In this document: in pieces, positions 39,846-48,786 of the stretch | Position numbering within the stretch: position 1 is the first letter of the stretch | How the letters are laid out: each line of letters begins with the position of its first letter | Source of the DNA: a virus | Strand: one strand, 5' to 3' | DNA: 64,000 bases | Virus record (IMG/VR): IMGVR_UViG_3300031344_000005 | Coordinates: 18,816 to 82,815 of that record | Notes under the pieces: model-generated | Databases searched by the model: none | Seen by the model: only the letters and a program-made list of their open reading frames with translations | What the model was told of the DNA's origin: nothing | Program-made: the position numbers and the translations under genes

Positions 39846-40360
39846 AAGAAATCCCCCTCACGCAGGGCAAGGTCGCGCTCGTCGATGACGAGGACTTCGA
39901 GGTGCTGAACGCGTTCAAGTGGTGCGCGGGACGAGATAAACGAACCTTCTACGTCATGCGGCGTGTACGTAGGCCGAGCGGAGGGTGGACAACGGAGAAA
40001 ATGCACCGAGTGATTCTCATGCGTAAGCTAGGCCATTCGCTTGCCAAGGACGAACAGAGTGACCACGTCAATGGCGATGGCCTCGACAACCGACGCGAGA
40101 ACCTGCAGATGGCTACAACAGCGCAGAATCAACGAAACTGTCATCGGTTCATGCACACGGTAACTAGCCGATATCTAGGAGTGTGCTGGCACAAGCATTT
40201 TGCAAAGTGGACGCCGCGAGTTGGAGTTGCCAGAAAGCGCGTCAGCCTAGGCTATTATCGCACCGAATCCGAAGCCGCCCTTGCTCGCGAGTTCTACATC
40301 GCCGCACACCCCGAGCTACAGGCACGTAGCAACTTTGCAGGGCATGAACTGACACTGTGA
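39842..40360 (+). CDS. HNH-AP2 homing endonuclease
   Basis: MKEIPLTQGKVALVDDEDF, MHRVI, DHVNGDGLDNRRENL, SRYLGVCWHK..LGYY.TE.EAA.A. Confidence 0.92.
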   Translation: MKEIPLTQGKVALVDDEDFEVLNAFKWCAGRDKRTFYVMRRVRRPSGGWTTEKMHRVILMRKLGHSLAKDEQSDHVNGDGLDNRRENLQMATTAQNQRNCHRFMHTVTSRYLGVCWHKHFAKWTPRVGVARKRVSLGYYRTESEAALAREFYIAAHPELQARSNFAGHELTL

Positions 40361-40374
40361 AAGGGACCACACAC

Positions 40375-41259
40375 ATGCGCATAAATCTGAACACAATCCT
40401 GATCGTGCTCGCTGGGTTGGGCGTATTTTCCCCCGACATTGCCTCGGTGGCCGCGTGGCTCGCGTCCATGAACGTCGCGTGGCTGGGGACCGTCGTGAAA
40501 GGGCTAGGCCTGCTCGCGGCGTTCTGTAGCGCCGCGCCCCTGGTGGTTCCTCGGTTGCGCTCGTTCCTGGCGCTGCTTGGCCTGGCGACTCCTCCCGGGG
40601 CGGTGGCCCCATGGGACCCGACACGAGACGCGGGACCGGGCGCTGCCCCTCGCGCGACCACCACGACGAACGTCGTGGCTCTCCCTGGCAACCCAACTCC
40701 TCCTGCCGGTACTCCGCGACGTGGCCCCTACGGGCCCGGCCCGCTGGCACTGCTGGTCCTGGCTGGCTCGCTGCTGTGGGGCTCTACCGCGAGGGCGCAG
40801 ACACAACCGACTAGCCCCCAGCTTGGTGGATGCATCGCTAACGGCGAGATGTGTTTTGGAACCGCTGCCGACGTGGTGCTGACCAAGATAGGATTGTCGG
40901 GCGACAACAAGGGAATCTCGGGCGGCTTCTCGACAGGCGTGGGTTACGGTGCGACCTTCGCCCCTGACAAGTTCTACGCGACCGGGCTGGACCTGTTTTT
41001 GAATGTCAACCTGAGCGGAACTTCTGGTGTTGCAAGCCGTGTCTCACCCGCAATCATGCTCCATGCGATGAACTACCTGTTCCTGGGCTTGGGCCTGGAC
41101 ATCATCGCTCCAACCGATACCGTGAGCAGCTACGGGACAGGGTGGTCGCTGTTGCTCGGATTCGGTTCGACCATCACCAGTATCACGCCGGGGTACGCAA
41201 AGAAGGAAGCCATTCGACAACTGGCAGCAGAGCGGGCCAGCGCGGAGGCAGGCAAGTGA
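40375..41259 (+). CDS. Membrane protein: holin-like TM helices fused to an internal signal peptide and beta-barrel-like domain
   Basis: N-terminal TM helices, Pro/Thr linker, LALLVLAGSLLWGSTARA-Q, then alternating strands (GVGYGATF, GLDLFLNVN, FLGLGLD). Confidence 0.55.
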   Translation: MRINLNTILIVLAGLGVFSPDIASVAAWLASMNVAWLGTVVKGLGLLAAFCSAAPLVVPRLRSFLALLGLATPPGAVAPWDPTRDAGPGAAPRATTTTNVVALPGNPTPPAGTPRRGPYGPGPLALLVLAGSLLWGSTARAQTQPTSPQLGGCIANGEMCFGTAADVVLTKIGLSGDNKGISGGFSTGVGYGATFAPDKFYATGLDLFLNVNLSGTSGVASRVSPAIMLHAMNYLFLGLGLDIIAPTDTVSSYGTGWSLLLGFGSTITSITPGYAKKEAIRQLAAERASAEAGK

Positions 41260-41456
41260 ACGAGGAGGAGATCCAAACTCGCATCCGGCAGGGCATCGCC
41301 GACGGCATTCGCAAGCTCGAAGAGGGCCGGAGACTGGACGTGCTGTTCGCCGCAATTCGCGCGATCGAAGATCGCGACGAGCGCGTACGTGCCGTGCGAA
41401 AAATCTTCGAGGTCTTCGGGCCAGCGGCGGGACCGAACACAGGAGGAACGACATGA
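41256..41456 (+). CDS. Hypothetical protein
   Basis: GTGA-coupled start with GGAGG RBS; 66 aa. Confidence 0.55.
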   Translation: MNEEEIQTRIRQGIADGIRKLEEGRRLDVLFAAIRAIEDRDERVRAVRKIFEVFGPAAGPNTGGTT

Positions 41457-41920
41457 TTGGTGATCTTGCTTCTGGCTTCGCTCGTGGCTGTCTTGGCGTG
41501 GTGATGCTGCTCGGGCTTGCGGGCGCTCAGTGTGCGCAGCCGCAGCCCATCCCTACGCCGCCGCAGGTGGTTGATGCCGCGCCACCTCCTCCGTTTACTG
41601 GCCTCATTGTCAACTGCGGTGAAGTGCGAGCCCAGGTCGTAGCCGCTCGCCCAGCGGTACAGACCTGTCTGGCGACACAACCACCTGTCGCAACCATCCC
41701 ACCTGTTCCCGCAGCGGTGGACAATGCGCTACCGGCCGACGGCTGCATGGTAGACCTACTGTCCACGTGGGGCCCTGGCCCACTGGCGTGCGCCGTGCGG
41801 GCCGAGGGCATGCAGGCGTTTGCCCGCGGGCACACCGACGCTGGGACCAACACTGACCAGGCCGTGGCGCATGCGTCGCGACTTTGGATCACGAGCCACG
41901 GCATCGGGTACAAGGATTGA
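41453..41920 (+). CDS. Putative lipoprotein
   Basis: AGGAGG RBS; VVMLLGLAGAQC signal then Pro-rich linker. Confidence 0.6.
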   Translation: MIGDLASGFARGCLGVVMLLGLAGAQCAQPQPIPTPPQVVDAAPPPPFTGLIVNCGEVRAQVVAARPAVQTCLATQPPVATIPPVPAAVDNALPADGCMVDLLSTWGPGPLACAVRAEGMQAFARGHTDAGTNTDQAVAHASRLWITSHGIGYKD

Positions 41921-41922
41921 CC

Positions 41923-42708
41923 ATGAACAAGATGCGCTTTCTCGGCAAGCTACCGTTTCAGCCTGACCACCGCGACCTGAAGCTGGCCAAGTACATCGAC
42001 AAGGCCAAGTTGATCGAGGCTGCGCAGGTTCCCGGCGCCGTGGACTGGGGCGTCTTCCCGACGCCGGACGGTTCGGATCCAGCGCCCGACACTGACCCGC
42101 TTGGCAACGACAAGGCCGGTGATTGCGTGTACGCGGCCCCTGGACACATGGTCAATCTTGTGGCCCAGCTCACCGGGGCACCCGTGAGGGTCACGACCGC
42201 TATGGCGATTGGAGCCTACTCGGAAGACACCGGATACGACCCGGTCACCGGCGCCAACGACAACGGCGCCAACATCCGCGACATGCTAAACCGCTGGCGG
42301 AAGCGGGGCCTGTACGGCACGACCCTCGCGGTCTACTGCGCGGTAGACCGGAACGACGCCGACGAGGTCACGATCGCAACCTGGCTCTGCGGTGGGCTCA
42401 TCGGCGGATACAACTTGCCCAAGTCGGTTTGGGCACAAAATCCAGATTGGTACGTGCCCGACCCACTCACGCCAGACGATGAGACAATCATCGGGGGCCA
42501 TTGCGTGTTCTGGCATGGGACATCGCCAGGGCTCGACAACGGCACATCTTGGGGTGAGGACACAAGCGCGACGCCACCGTGGCGGAGACGGCACTGCGAG
42601 GAGCTTTGGGCGCCGCTACTCAGCATGTGGGTGCTGCGCTCGGGCCGGGCGCCAAACGGGTTTGCATGGGGGGATCTGCTTGCGGATGTGAGCGCGAGGG
42701 GCGAATGA
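41923..42708 (+). CDS. Papain-like cysteine peptidase
   Basis: DHRD start, NDKAGDCVYAA (catalytic Cys), IGGHCV (His), SWG. Confidence 0.75.
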   Translation: MNKMRFLGKLPFQPDHRDLKLAKYIDKAKLIEAAQVPGAVDWGVFPTPDGSDPAPDTDPLGNDKAGDCVYAAPGHMVNLVAQLTGAPVRVTTAMAIGAYSEDTGYDPVTGANDNGANIRDMLNRWRKRGLYGTTLAVYCAVDRNDADEVTIATWLCGGLIGGYNLPKSVWAQNPDWYVPDPLTPDDETIIGGHCVFWHGTSPGLDNGTSWGEDTSATPPWRRRHCEELWAPLLSMWVLRSGRAPNGFAWGDLLADVSARGE

Positions 42709-42878
42709 TCCGCTCCCTCCTACTCGAAAACGCGCTCCGGACCCACCGGCTGCGGATCTTCGCACGACTACCCGGCGCGCCGCTACCGTGTCCGCTAGAA
42801 GAACTCGACGAGGTCACGCGGGCTTGCTGGGAGCTGCTGTTCGACTTCGAGCGACGAAACCAGGAGGTGCGGCCGTGA
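42705..42878 (+). CDS. Hypothetical protein
   Basis: ATGA-coupled MIRSLLLENALR, 57 aa. Confidence 0.55.
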   Translation: MIRSLLLENALRTHRLRIFARLPGAPLPCPLEELDEVTRACWELLFDFERRNQEVRP

Positions 42879-43324
42879 CTCGCACCGGCCAGGCCCACCA
42901 GCTCTATGCCGAGGGCAAGACCGCGCGGGAAGTTGCGGGCATCATGCACCTTGGACTCGACAGCGCGCGCAACCTCAAGTACAAGCCCGCCAGCACACGT
43001 GAGGCCCGTGCGCCCATCCCGGCCGCTACCGAGGCGGCCTGCGTGGCGCTGCTCAATGACAGGCGCACGACAAGAGCCATCGCCGATGAGCTGCACATCT
43101 CGCCTGCGTCGGTATACGCGATTCGCGATCGGAACGGACTGACGACCAACCGGCGCAAGAAGCGGCACCTGATGTCCGACCAGGACACGCGCGCGGGCCT
43201 GCCGACCTGCCAGTGGTGCCCAATGCTAGCGCCTTGTACCTGTACCGGGCCGATGCGTGCGGCGGACTTCGTCGGGCGCGCCGGCGAGTCGCGTGGCTCG
43301 CTCGTACTGCCGAGGCCGTTCTGA
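42875..43324 (+). CDS. Double-HTH DNA-binding protein
   Basis: GKTAREVAGIMHL and TTRAIADELHISPASVYAIR; C-terminal cysteines. Confidence 0.7.
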   Translation: MTRTGQAHQLYAEGKTAREVAGIMHLGLDSARNLKYKPASTREARAPIPAATEAACVALLNDRRTTRAIADELHISPASVYAIRDRNGLTTNRRKKRHLMSDQDTRAGLPTCQWCPMLAPCTCTGPMRAADFVGRAGESRGSLVLPRPF

Positions 43325-43337
43325 GTGGAGGTGAGAC

Positions 43338-43910
43338 TTGCTGATTCCTCAGTTTGTCCAGGCCCTGCACTACCAGGCGGCGAGCCGTAGCGCAATCAGT
43401 TGGGTTGTTCTCCACACCATGGAGGCCCCCTGCGTGACCGGCATGGCCCAGCGGTGCGCGCACAGCATGACGGGTGGCGGACGCATCGATAGCGCCCACT
43501 ATGCCTGCGACCCTGCCAACGTGATCCAGATGGTGCGCGAGCAGGACATTGCATGGCACTGCCGCAGCGATGCGACAGGCACGGTCAACCGTCTGAGTAT
43601 CGGCGTCGAGCACGCGGGATACACGCTCGGCACTCCAACCGACTGGCCGCACGACCCACACGCGCAGGGCATGATGGACCTGAGCGCTCAGCTCGTGGCG
43701 GACATCTGCAGCCGCTACAACGTGCCGGTGGTGCGCTTGACGGTCGAGCAGATTCAGGCGGGCCAGCGGGGCATCATTGCCCATATCGACGCGACCCACG
43801 CCTTCAACGTGCCGGGCGGGCACGTCGACGGCTCCACGTGGCCGTGGGATCAATACCTGCCCGTAGTGCAAGCGCTGGTCAAAACGCCAGACGTCGAGAT
43901 GATGTCATAG
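43338..43910 (+). CDS. Endolysin, N-acetylmuramoyl-L-alanine amidase (Amidase_2)
   Basis: WVVLHTME, SAHY, IAWHC, N..SIGVEHAG, GIIAH, HVDG motifs. Confidence 0.92.
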   Translation: MLIPQFVQALHYQAASRSAISWVVLHTMEAPCVTGMAQRCAHSMTGGGRIDSAHYACDPANVIQMVREQDIAWHCRSDATGTVNRLSIGVEHAGYTLGTPTDWPHDPHAQGMMDLSAQLVADICSRYNVPVVRLTVEQIQAGQRGIIAHIDATHAFNVPGGHVDGSTWPWDQYLPVVQALVKTPDVEMMS

Positions 43911-43943
43911 AGGCGAGCATCCAAACAGAGGAGGGCCTTCGTC

Positions 43944-44108
43944 ATGTGGTTGTTCTTTTCGATTCCTGTCATTTTCATCATCATGGGTCTTGTCATCTGG
44001 GTGGCAGCGGCCAAGCCCAAGGTCAGCGAGTTCGGCAAGATGGCGGTATTCGTCGGGCTGTTCTGGTTGTGCTCGTCGTTGACGACACACTACTTCCCCC
44101 ACCGCTGA
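43944..44108 (+). CDS. Small two-TM membrane protein (holin candidate)
   Basis: GAGGAGG RBS; MWLFFSIPVIFIIMGLVIWVAAAKPKVSEFGKMAVFVGLFWLCSSLTTHYFPHR, directly after the endolysin. Confidence 0.6.
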   Translation: MWLFFSIPVIFIIMGLVIWVAAAKPKVSEFGKMAVFVGLFWLCSSLTTHYFPHR

Positions 44109-44172
44109 CCGCTTGACAGCCACCGCGCGACGGGCGACACTGCCGCAATGGACGCCGACAAGCTCCGCGAAC

Positions 44173-44538
44173 ATGCCTAAGTTCTTCATCCCCGGCCCGC
44201 TTCCCGGCCTCAACGAAATGATCGACCAGGCCAAGGGCTGCGGTGGCCGCGGTGCCCGGTACGCGCGAATCAAGGACCAGTGGACGCAGACCTGCGCGCT
44301 CCATGCCCTGGCTGCCGAGCTCAAGCCCATGGCCCGTGTGCAGCTAGAATTCCACTGGATAGAGCGCACCCGCCAGCGCAACCCCGACAACATCGCAGCA
44401 GCGCACAAGTACATCCTGGACGGTCTGGTTACCGCCAAGGTGCTGGCGAACGACGGCTGGAAGCAGGTGGCAGGCTGGTCAGATTCGTTCGAGGTTGGTG
44501 ACCGGCTCGGCGTGTGGGTCACGGTCGAGCCGGTCTGA
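44173..44538 (+). CDS. rusA: RusA-like Holliday junction resolvase
   Basis: PLPGLNE, RNPDNIAAAHKYILDGLVTAKVLANDGWKQV. Confidence 0.85.
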   Translation: MPKFFIPGPLPGLNEMIDQAKGCGGRGARYARIKDQWTQTCALHALAAELKPMARVQLEFHWIERTRQRNPDNIAAAHKYILDGLVTAKVLANDGWKQVAGWSDSFEVGDRLGVWVTVEPV

Positions 44539-44585
44539 CCTCGGCGCGCGCGGTGGCGATTGGGATAGGCCCACGCTCCAAGGGG

Positions 44586-45075
44586 CAGACAGCCGAACGG
44601 CCCGAGGTACAAGTTCTTGACTTGCGCCGCCGGGCCGTTCAAACTGTCGCTTGATGAGAACTACAAGGGTAAAGTCCCACGTAGTTATCCCGCTGTCAAG
44701 CGGGTTGAAAGGCGCCTCGAAGGGCGCTGTTGTTGCGCAAGCATCGTCCGGTCTCGTCAGGTCAACGGCGGCAGCCGAAATACTCCGCGCCCAATCGGGC
44801 GAGCACTCGAAACGCCGGCTCAGGATCCTCGGGCCACAGGGACGCTACCGCTGTCCTTGGCGCCGGCGCGAACCACCGCAACGGCTCACACGTGGATGCG
44901 TACCAAGCCAGCCCGCACGAAGAGTGACGGCTCGCCGGCGTACGGGACACGTGACAGCGCGTGTATGGGGCGAGCGCGCGACATAGAGCTGACCCGACGC
45001 AAAAAGACCCGCCGGCGTCAGTAGCAGCAGAGGACACGGAGCAAGAGGCAGAGCAGACCCAGACTCTCTTGGGTC
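44586..45075. ncRNA. Stem-rich intergenic region, possible structured RNA
   Basis: 10-bp perfect stem 44595-44604/44631-44640 within a longer hairpin, plus many further stems; no credible ORF. Confidence 0.4.
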
Positions 45076-45100
45076 AGGAAGAGCGGTCTGTCAATTGTGC

Positions 45101-45128
45101 TTGACGGCTAGCGTGAGTATGGTAACAT
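45101..45128 (+). promoter_or_regulatory. Sigma70-like promoter, probably giving a leaderless mRNA
   Basis: TTGACG 45101-45106; TGgTAACAT with -10 at 45123-45128; ATG at 45135 has no RBS. Confidence 0.5.
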
Positions 45129-45134
45129 ATGGCC

Positions 45135-45335
45135 ATGGGCCAGGTATCAAAGCGCTTCCGCCTGAGCTTCGTCGTGCTGGACGAGGACGCCGAGGCCTGC
45201 CTGGACATCGACCTTGCGCCCGGTGACCTGCCTGGCGCGAGCGTAGACGGCCACGGGGCCATCCCGGTGCAGCTCACGGTGACAGACCGCCAGGGCGTGA
45301 CCCGCACGGTCCAGGCCGAGGCGCGGCCGGTCTAG
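45135..45335 (+). CDS. Small hypothetical protein (moron-like)
   Basis: Own promoter; converges on the leftward operon. Confidence 0.6.
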   Translation: MGQVSKRFRLSFVVLDEDAEACLDIDLAPGDLPGASVDGHGAIPVQLTVTDRQGVTRTVQAEARPV

Positions 45336-45955
45336 GGCCTGACCCGGCGAAACGTCAGCGTCCAGGCCCAGGGGTTTGACGCCCACGAGGCGCGCTTGCC
45401 GTTGATGCGGTCCCAGGCGTTCGCAAAGCAACGCTTGTGCGCGTCGTAAATCGTTCCAGGGTCTCCATCTGGCCAATGCACGGAGTGGTCTCCCGGTGTG
45501 CCCTCTGCCCGCGCATCCTCCTCGGTGATGTTCTGGAGCCGCTGCACGCGCACATCTGTGATTTCCAGGTCGATGCGTGAATCCTTGCGCTTGAGAAACC
45601 ATGGGGACCGCCAGCGCGGACATTCTGGGTCGTCACGTTCTTCGCTGGGCCATTCACCAGGCAAGCGCTCCGGGTCTCCATCGGCGCGGAATTCGATGTG
45701 CGAAGGGTCACCATCGTCAAACGGTGCAACGTCGTAGATTTGCGCCCAAGTCTCACGCACCCAGAGCCGGTCGCCGACGTACCATGGAATGCGAATGCCG
45801 CGCCCATGGCCATCTTCGAGACCGCTCGGCACAAATGGGCTTCGCCGCACGCCCGCGCTTGGCTGCGGCTTGACCAGCCTCCTGGTCTGCGTTTTTGCTC
45901 CACTCAGCAGCGCGCGGACACTCTCGGCCGTAAATATGATGGGTCGTTCTTTCAT
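45332..45955 (-). CDS. ASCH/PUA-like phage protein
   Basis: MKERPIIF..VRALLSGAKTQTRR, GDRLWVRETW, SRIDLEITDVRVQRLQNITEEDARAEG, SWASNPW. Confidence 0.85.
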   Translation of the reverse strand: MKERPIIFTAESVRALLSGAKTQTRRLVKPQPSAGVRRSPFVPSGLEDGHGRGIRIPWYVGDRLWVRETWAQIYDVAPFDDGDPSHIEFRADGDPERLPGEWPSEERDDPECPRWRSPWFLKRKDSRIDLEITDVRVQRLQNITEEDARAEGTPGDHSVHWPDGDPGTIYDAHKRCFANAWDRINGKRASWASNPWAWTLTFRRVRP

Positions 45956-46086
45956 GTGTTGTTCTCCCGTTCCCGTCGCGACGATGCAGGCCGAAGCCGA
46001 GATGTTGCCGGTCTGACTAGGGCTGCTCCCAGGGGTGGCAAGGCGCGCCGCCGCGCCTCGCTCAGCCGGCCTTTGCTGCCTGCCAA

Positions 46087-46284
46087 TCAATCGTCGTCGA
46101 GCCCGCCCCCATTCGCGAGCCGGTAGTCGTCTTCTGGTGACGTTAGGTTCTTGATCAGGACGTAGTGTCCAGGCTCAAGCAGGCGCATGGCAGATATCGG
46201 GCCGATGCCGACCGAGGCACAGATTGCCAGGTGTTCCGACAATCCACCGGACGGCATGGGCATCGTCGGCAGGCGTTCGTTCAT
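46087..46284 (-). CDS. Hypothetical protein
   Basis: ATGA-coupled in the leftward operon. Confidence 0.55.
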   Translation of the reverse strand: MNERLPTMPMPSGGLSEHLAICASVGIGPISAMRLLEPGHYVLIKNLTSPEDDYRLANGGGLDDD

Positions 46285-46505
46285 GGCTCCATCTTCCTAA
46301 TCTGTTGCTCTCGGGTTGGGACAGGCCGCCGGCAGTCGCCAGGCTCGCGGGTCGCGTCTGCTGCGTCCAGGGCTGCGGCTGCCATGCGTCCTATGGTTGG
46401 ATTATCCCGGGCCTCAGTCTCGACATGGCGGAGCTTTTTGATCGACGGGTACAGCGCCCGTACGACGGCGCAGGCGACTGCGTGAATGCGTTCGTCGCGA
46501 GTCAT
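46281..46505 (-). CDS. Hypothetical protein
   Basis: 74 aa in the leftward operon. Confidence 0.6.
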   Translation of the reverse strand: MTRDERIHAVACAVVRALYPSIKKLRHVETEARDNPTIGRMAAAALDAADATREPGDCRRPVPTREQQIRKMEP

Positions 46506-46508
46506 GGG

Positions 46509-46664
46509 CTAGATGCTCTCCTTGAGCAAGCGAATCTGCTTCGCCACATCGGCCCCAATGCCGTCCACGAAGATGGCGCAGTCTTCGTAGCCCTTGCGGA
46601 CGCCGTTCACGTGGTCATCGTGGGGCGTGATTTCTCTGCCTGTTCTCGTTGAAACTCGCTTCAT
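46509..46664 (-). CDS. Hypothetical protein
   Basis: MKRVST start, ATGA overlap. Confidence 0.55.
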   Translation of the reverse strand: MKRVSTRTGREITPHDDHVNGVRKGYEDCAIFVDGIGADVAKQIRLLKESI

Positions 46665-46873
46665 GGCGTCCTCGGCGCAGGTATCCAGTTCACCTGCGCG
46701 CGCGCGAGGCAATATCCGCAGATGCGGTCAGTAGGCAGCGCGGAACCGTCGTCTTCACCGTCGCATCGCCCACAGATGGAAAAGCGGTTTCCATTGAGGT
46801 ACAGGTGGGCCACTCCCGAGGAGTTACCGAGCAGCTCATAGTCGTCGTTGAATTGTAGCGTCACTGTTCTCAT
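46661..46873 (-). CDS. Small Zn-finger-like protein
   Basis: CGRC...ICGYC; GAGG RBS. Confidence 0.6.
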   Translation of the reverse strand: MRTVTLQFNDDYELLGNSSGVAHLYLNGNRFSICGRCDGEDDGSALPTDRICGYCLARAQVNWIPAPRTP

Positions 46874-47277
46874 GGTTGCACCTCGTTCCCCTTTTCGTCG
46901 ACCACCAGCACGGTCACGCGGCAGCGCCTGGGAATGGTGGCCGGCCTCCCAGTCGGCCTGGTGGGGGTCGGCGACGTACAGTCGTCTAGACCCACTGGGC
47001 AGGATCGAACCTCGCCGGGCTGCCCCATGGTCGGCGATGCCCCCAACAGGCGTTTGGGCGGCTGTTGACCCGCCACGCTCGGAATCTCAAGTTGCGCATC
47101 GGCCGGCAGTTCTCGCGCCGCCTTGGTGATGGCCGCCTCAGTCGCGCGCAGTAGCCTACGCCGTGGCGTCCCGTCGCCGTTTGCCTGACGATAGCGCAGA
47201 ACGGTCAACTCGCTGACCAGGGCCGCGCTCGCTACGTCGGCCACACGTGCGGCTGGGATGTGGATTCTCTCAGGCAT
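46870..47277 (-). CDS. Hypothetical protein
   Basis: MPERIHI start with AAGGG RBS. Confidence 0.55.
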   Translation of the reverse strand: MPERIHIPAARVADVASAALVSELTVLRYRQANGDGTPRRRLLRATEAAITKAARELPADAQLEIPSVAGQQPPKRLLGASPTMGQPGEVRSCPVGLDDCTSPTPTRPTGRPATIPRRCRVTVLVVDEKGNEVQP

Positions 47278-47536
47278 GCTTGCCCTTCCGTTGCTCTGCG
47301 GTGAATCCCGCATCCCACGCGGCGTACAGGTACGGCACTACCGCGGCGTGGCCTTCTCGAATGAGTTTCTCGATCATCTCGGCCAGGTCGGTCCTGCGTT
47401 GGTCCTGTGGCGTCGCCACTGGTCGCGAGGGCACCGGCGTCGCTTCGTTGCCCACACAGCACGGGCACAATTCGCACTTCCCGCGCCGATGCCGGCACAG
47501 CGAGTGACCGCAGCGCTGGCAGAGCAGCGGAGGCAT
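47270..47536 (-). CDS. Cys-rich hypothetical protein
   Basis: TAATG-coupled; CQRCGHSLCRH..CELCPC. Confidence 0.6.
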   Translation of the reverse strand: MPPLLCQRCGHSLCRHRRGKCELCPCCVGNEATPVPSRPVATPQDQRRTDLAEMIEKLIREGHAAVVPYLYAAWDAGFTAEQRKGKHA

Positions 47537-48153
47537 TAGCGGACCTCTCCAAAGTCGAAGACTTCTTGGCTCAGACGCTTGGCTGCAATCTCGCAGTAGC
47601 GCTCTTCGATTTCGATACCCACCGCGCGGCGACCGAGTTCCTTGGCTGCAACAAGAAAGGATCCGCTCCCAGTAAACGGATCTACGATCAACCCCTGATC
47701 CGGCGATGCATGTCTGACCAGCCAACTGCACAGACGCGGTTGTTTTGGAGATGGATGCTCGATCCACTTCGGCGCCGACTGCTGGATAGCGTGAATTGTC
47801 AGAACGTCCGTAGGCCACTTAGCCTTTCCGTACACGAGGATCGGAGTCCAGTGACTAAACCCTCCACTGGTAGCGCGAGAATTGGCCGCCTCTCGATGGC
47901 AGCAAAGAACCCAGTCTGCCCTAGGATAGTCCCACATTGTCGTTGGGCCAGTTGTGAAACACACCACCGGGGCAACGTGGCGGGCAAGCTCCAGCCAGCC
48001 TGACGGGATGTCTGCGTCCCACAGCGCACCCTTGAAATCGAGACCATATGGAGGATCGGTTATGACGGCGTCAGCGCGTTCAATCGTCGGCAGAATCTCG
48101 CGGCAATCGCCGTGGAAAATCTGGATTCCCGCATGGTCATAGTAGGGTTTCAC
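47536..48153 (-). CDS. DNA methyltransferase, N6/N4 beta class
   Basis: HGDCRE, ITDPPYG, HPSPK, DPFTGSGS, GIEIEERYCEIAAKRLSQ. Confidence 0.92.
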   Translation of the reverse strand: MKPYYDHAGIQIFHGDCREILPTIERADAVITDPPYGLDFKGALWDADIPSGWLELARHVAPVVCFTTGPTTMWDYPRADWVLCCHREAANSRATSGGFSHWTPILVYGKAKWPTDVLTIHAIQQSAPKWIEHPSPKQPRLCSWLVRHASPDQGLIVDPFTGSGSFLVAAKELGRRAVGIEIEERYCEIAAKRLSQEVFDFGEVR

Positions 48154-48377
48154 GCAATCCCCTCCGGCACGAGCCGCATCACCGGCGTCTCGCTAGCCGC
48201 GCAGACGTCGCAAATCGTAGGCCCCTGCATCGGCTCGTGGCAGACGCAGCAGCGCTCCTGATCGAAGATGGCTTCGATGCAGGCAGCGGCCAGAGTCTCC
48301 ACGTTGGCAGTCCATGGGCAGGCCCGGAGGGCATCCGCCACTTTGTGGATGAGGAGGCGGTCGACCGGCGCGCTCAT
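48150..48377 (-). CDS. Hypothetical Zn-binding protein
   Basis: CCVCHE...ICDVC. Confidence 0.55.
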   Translation of the reverse strand: MSAPVDRLLIHKVADALRACPWTANVETLAAACIEAIFDQERCCVCHEPMQGPTICDVCAASETPVMRLVPEGIA

Positions 48378-48547
48378 GTCCCGCGCTCCAATCGCATCGC
48401 CCGCCTGGCGACCCGGAGCCAGTATGCTTTCGTGGCTTCCCCGCATAGCGTCCAGCGCACGGCTATGCCAGCGCGAGGGTACCTACCGCCAGCACTGGCC
48501 AACTCCATCGCGAGCTGAGTAACGGTGAGTCGCTTGGGGCGGGTCAT
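48374..48547 (-). CDS. Small hypothetical protein (57 aa; not in ORF track)
   Basis: ATGA overlaps at both ends; MTRPKRLTVTQLAMELAS...ATKAYWLRVARRAMRLERGT. Confidence 0.6.
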   Translation of the reverse strand: MTRPKRLTVTQLAMELASAGGRYPRAGIAVRWTLCGEATKAYWLRVARRAMRLERGT

Positions 48548-48777
48548 CGTCCGCGCTCCAATCCCGCCAGCACCGCATCGACCCGCTTGGCGAAATCGCC
48601 CAGGTCGGTTTCCTCGCGCGCGATGGTGCGGATCTGCAACAGCGCCTCGGCCGCGTCGAGCAGGAGGCCCAGCGTCTTCGACGTGACGAGGTTGATCTGC
48701 TGGCCGCCAATCGTCGGAGCGTTTCTCTGTGCGGCGCGAAGTCCCTCAAGCAGCTTCGGCGTCAGTTCGTTCGGCAT
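48544..48777 (-). CDS. Hypothetical protein, first gene of the leftward operon
   Basis: MPNELTPKLL; divergent from the RHH gene. Confidence 0.6.
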   Translation of the reverse strand: MPNELTPKLLEGLRAAQRNAPTIGGQQINLVTSKTLGLLLDAAEALLQIRTIAREETDLGDFAKRVDAVLAGLERGR

Positions 48778-48786
48778 GCCAGAATC

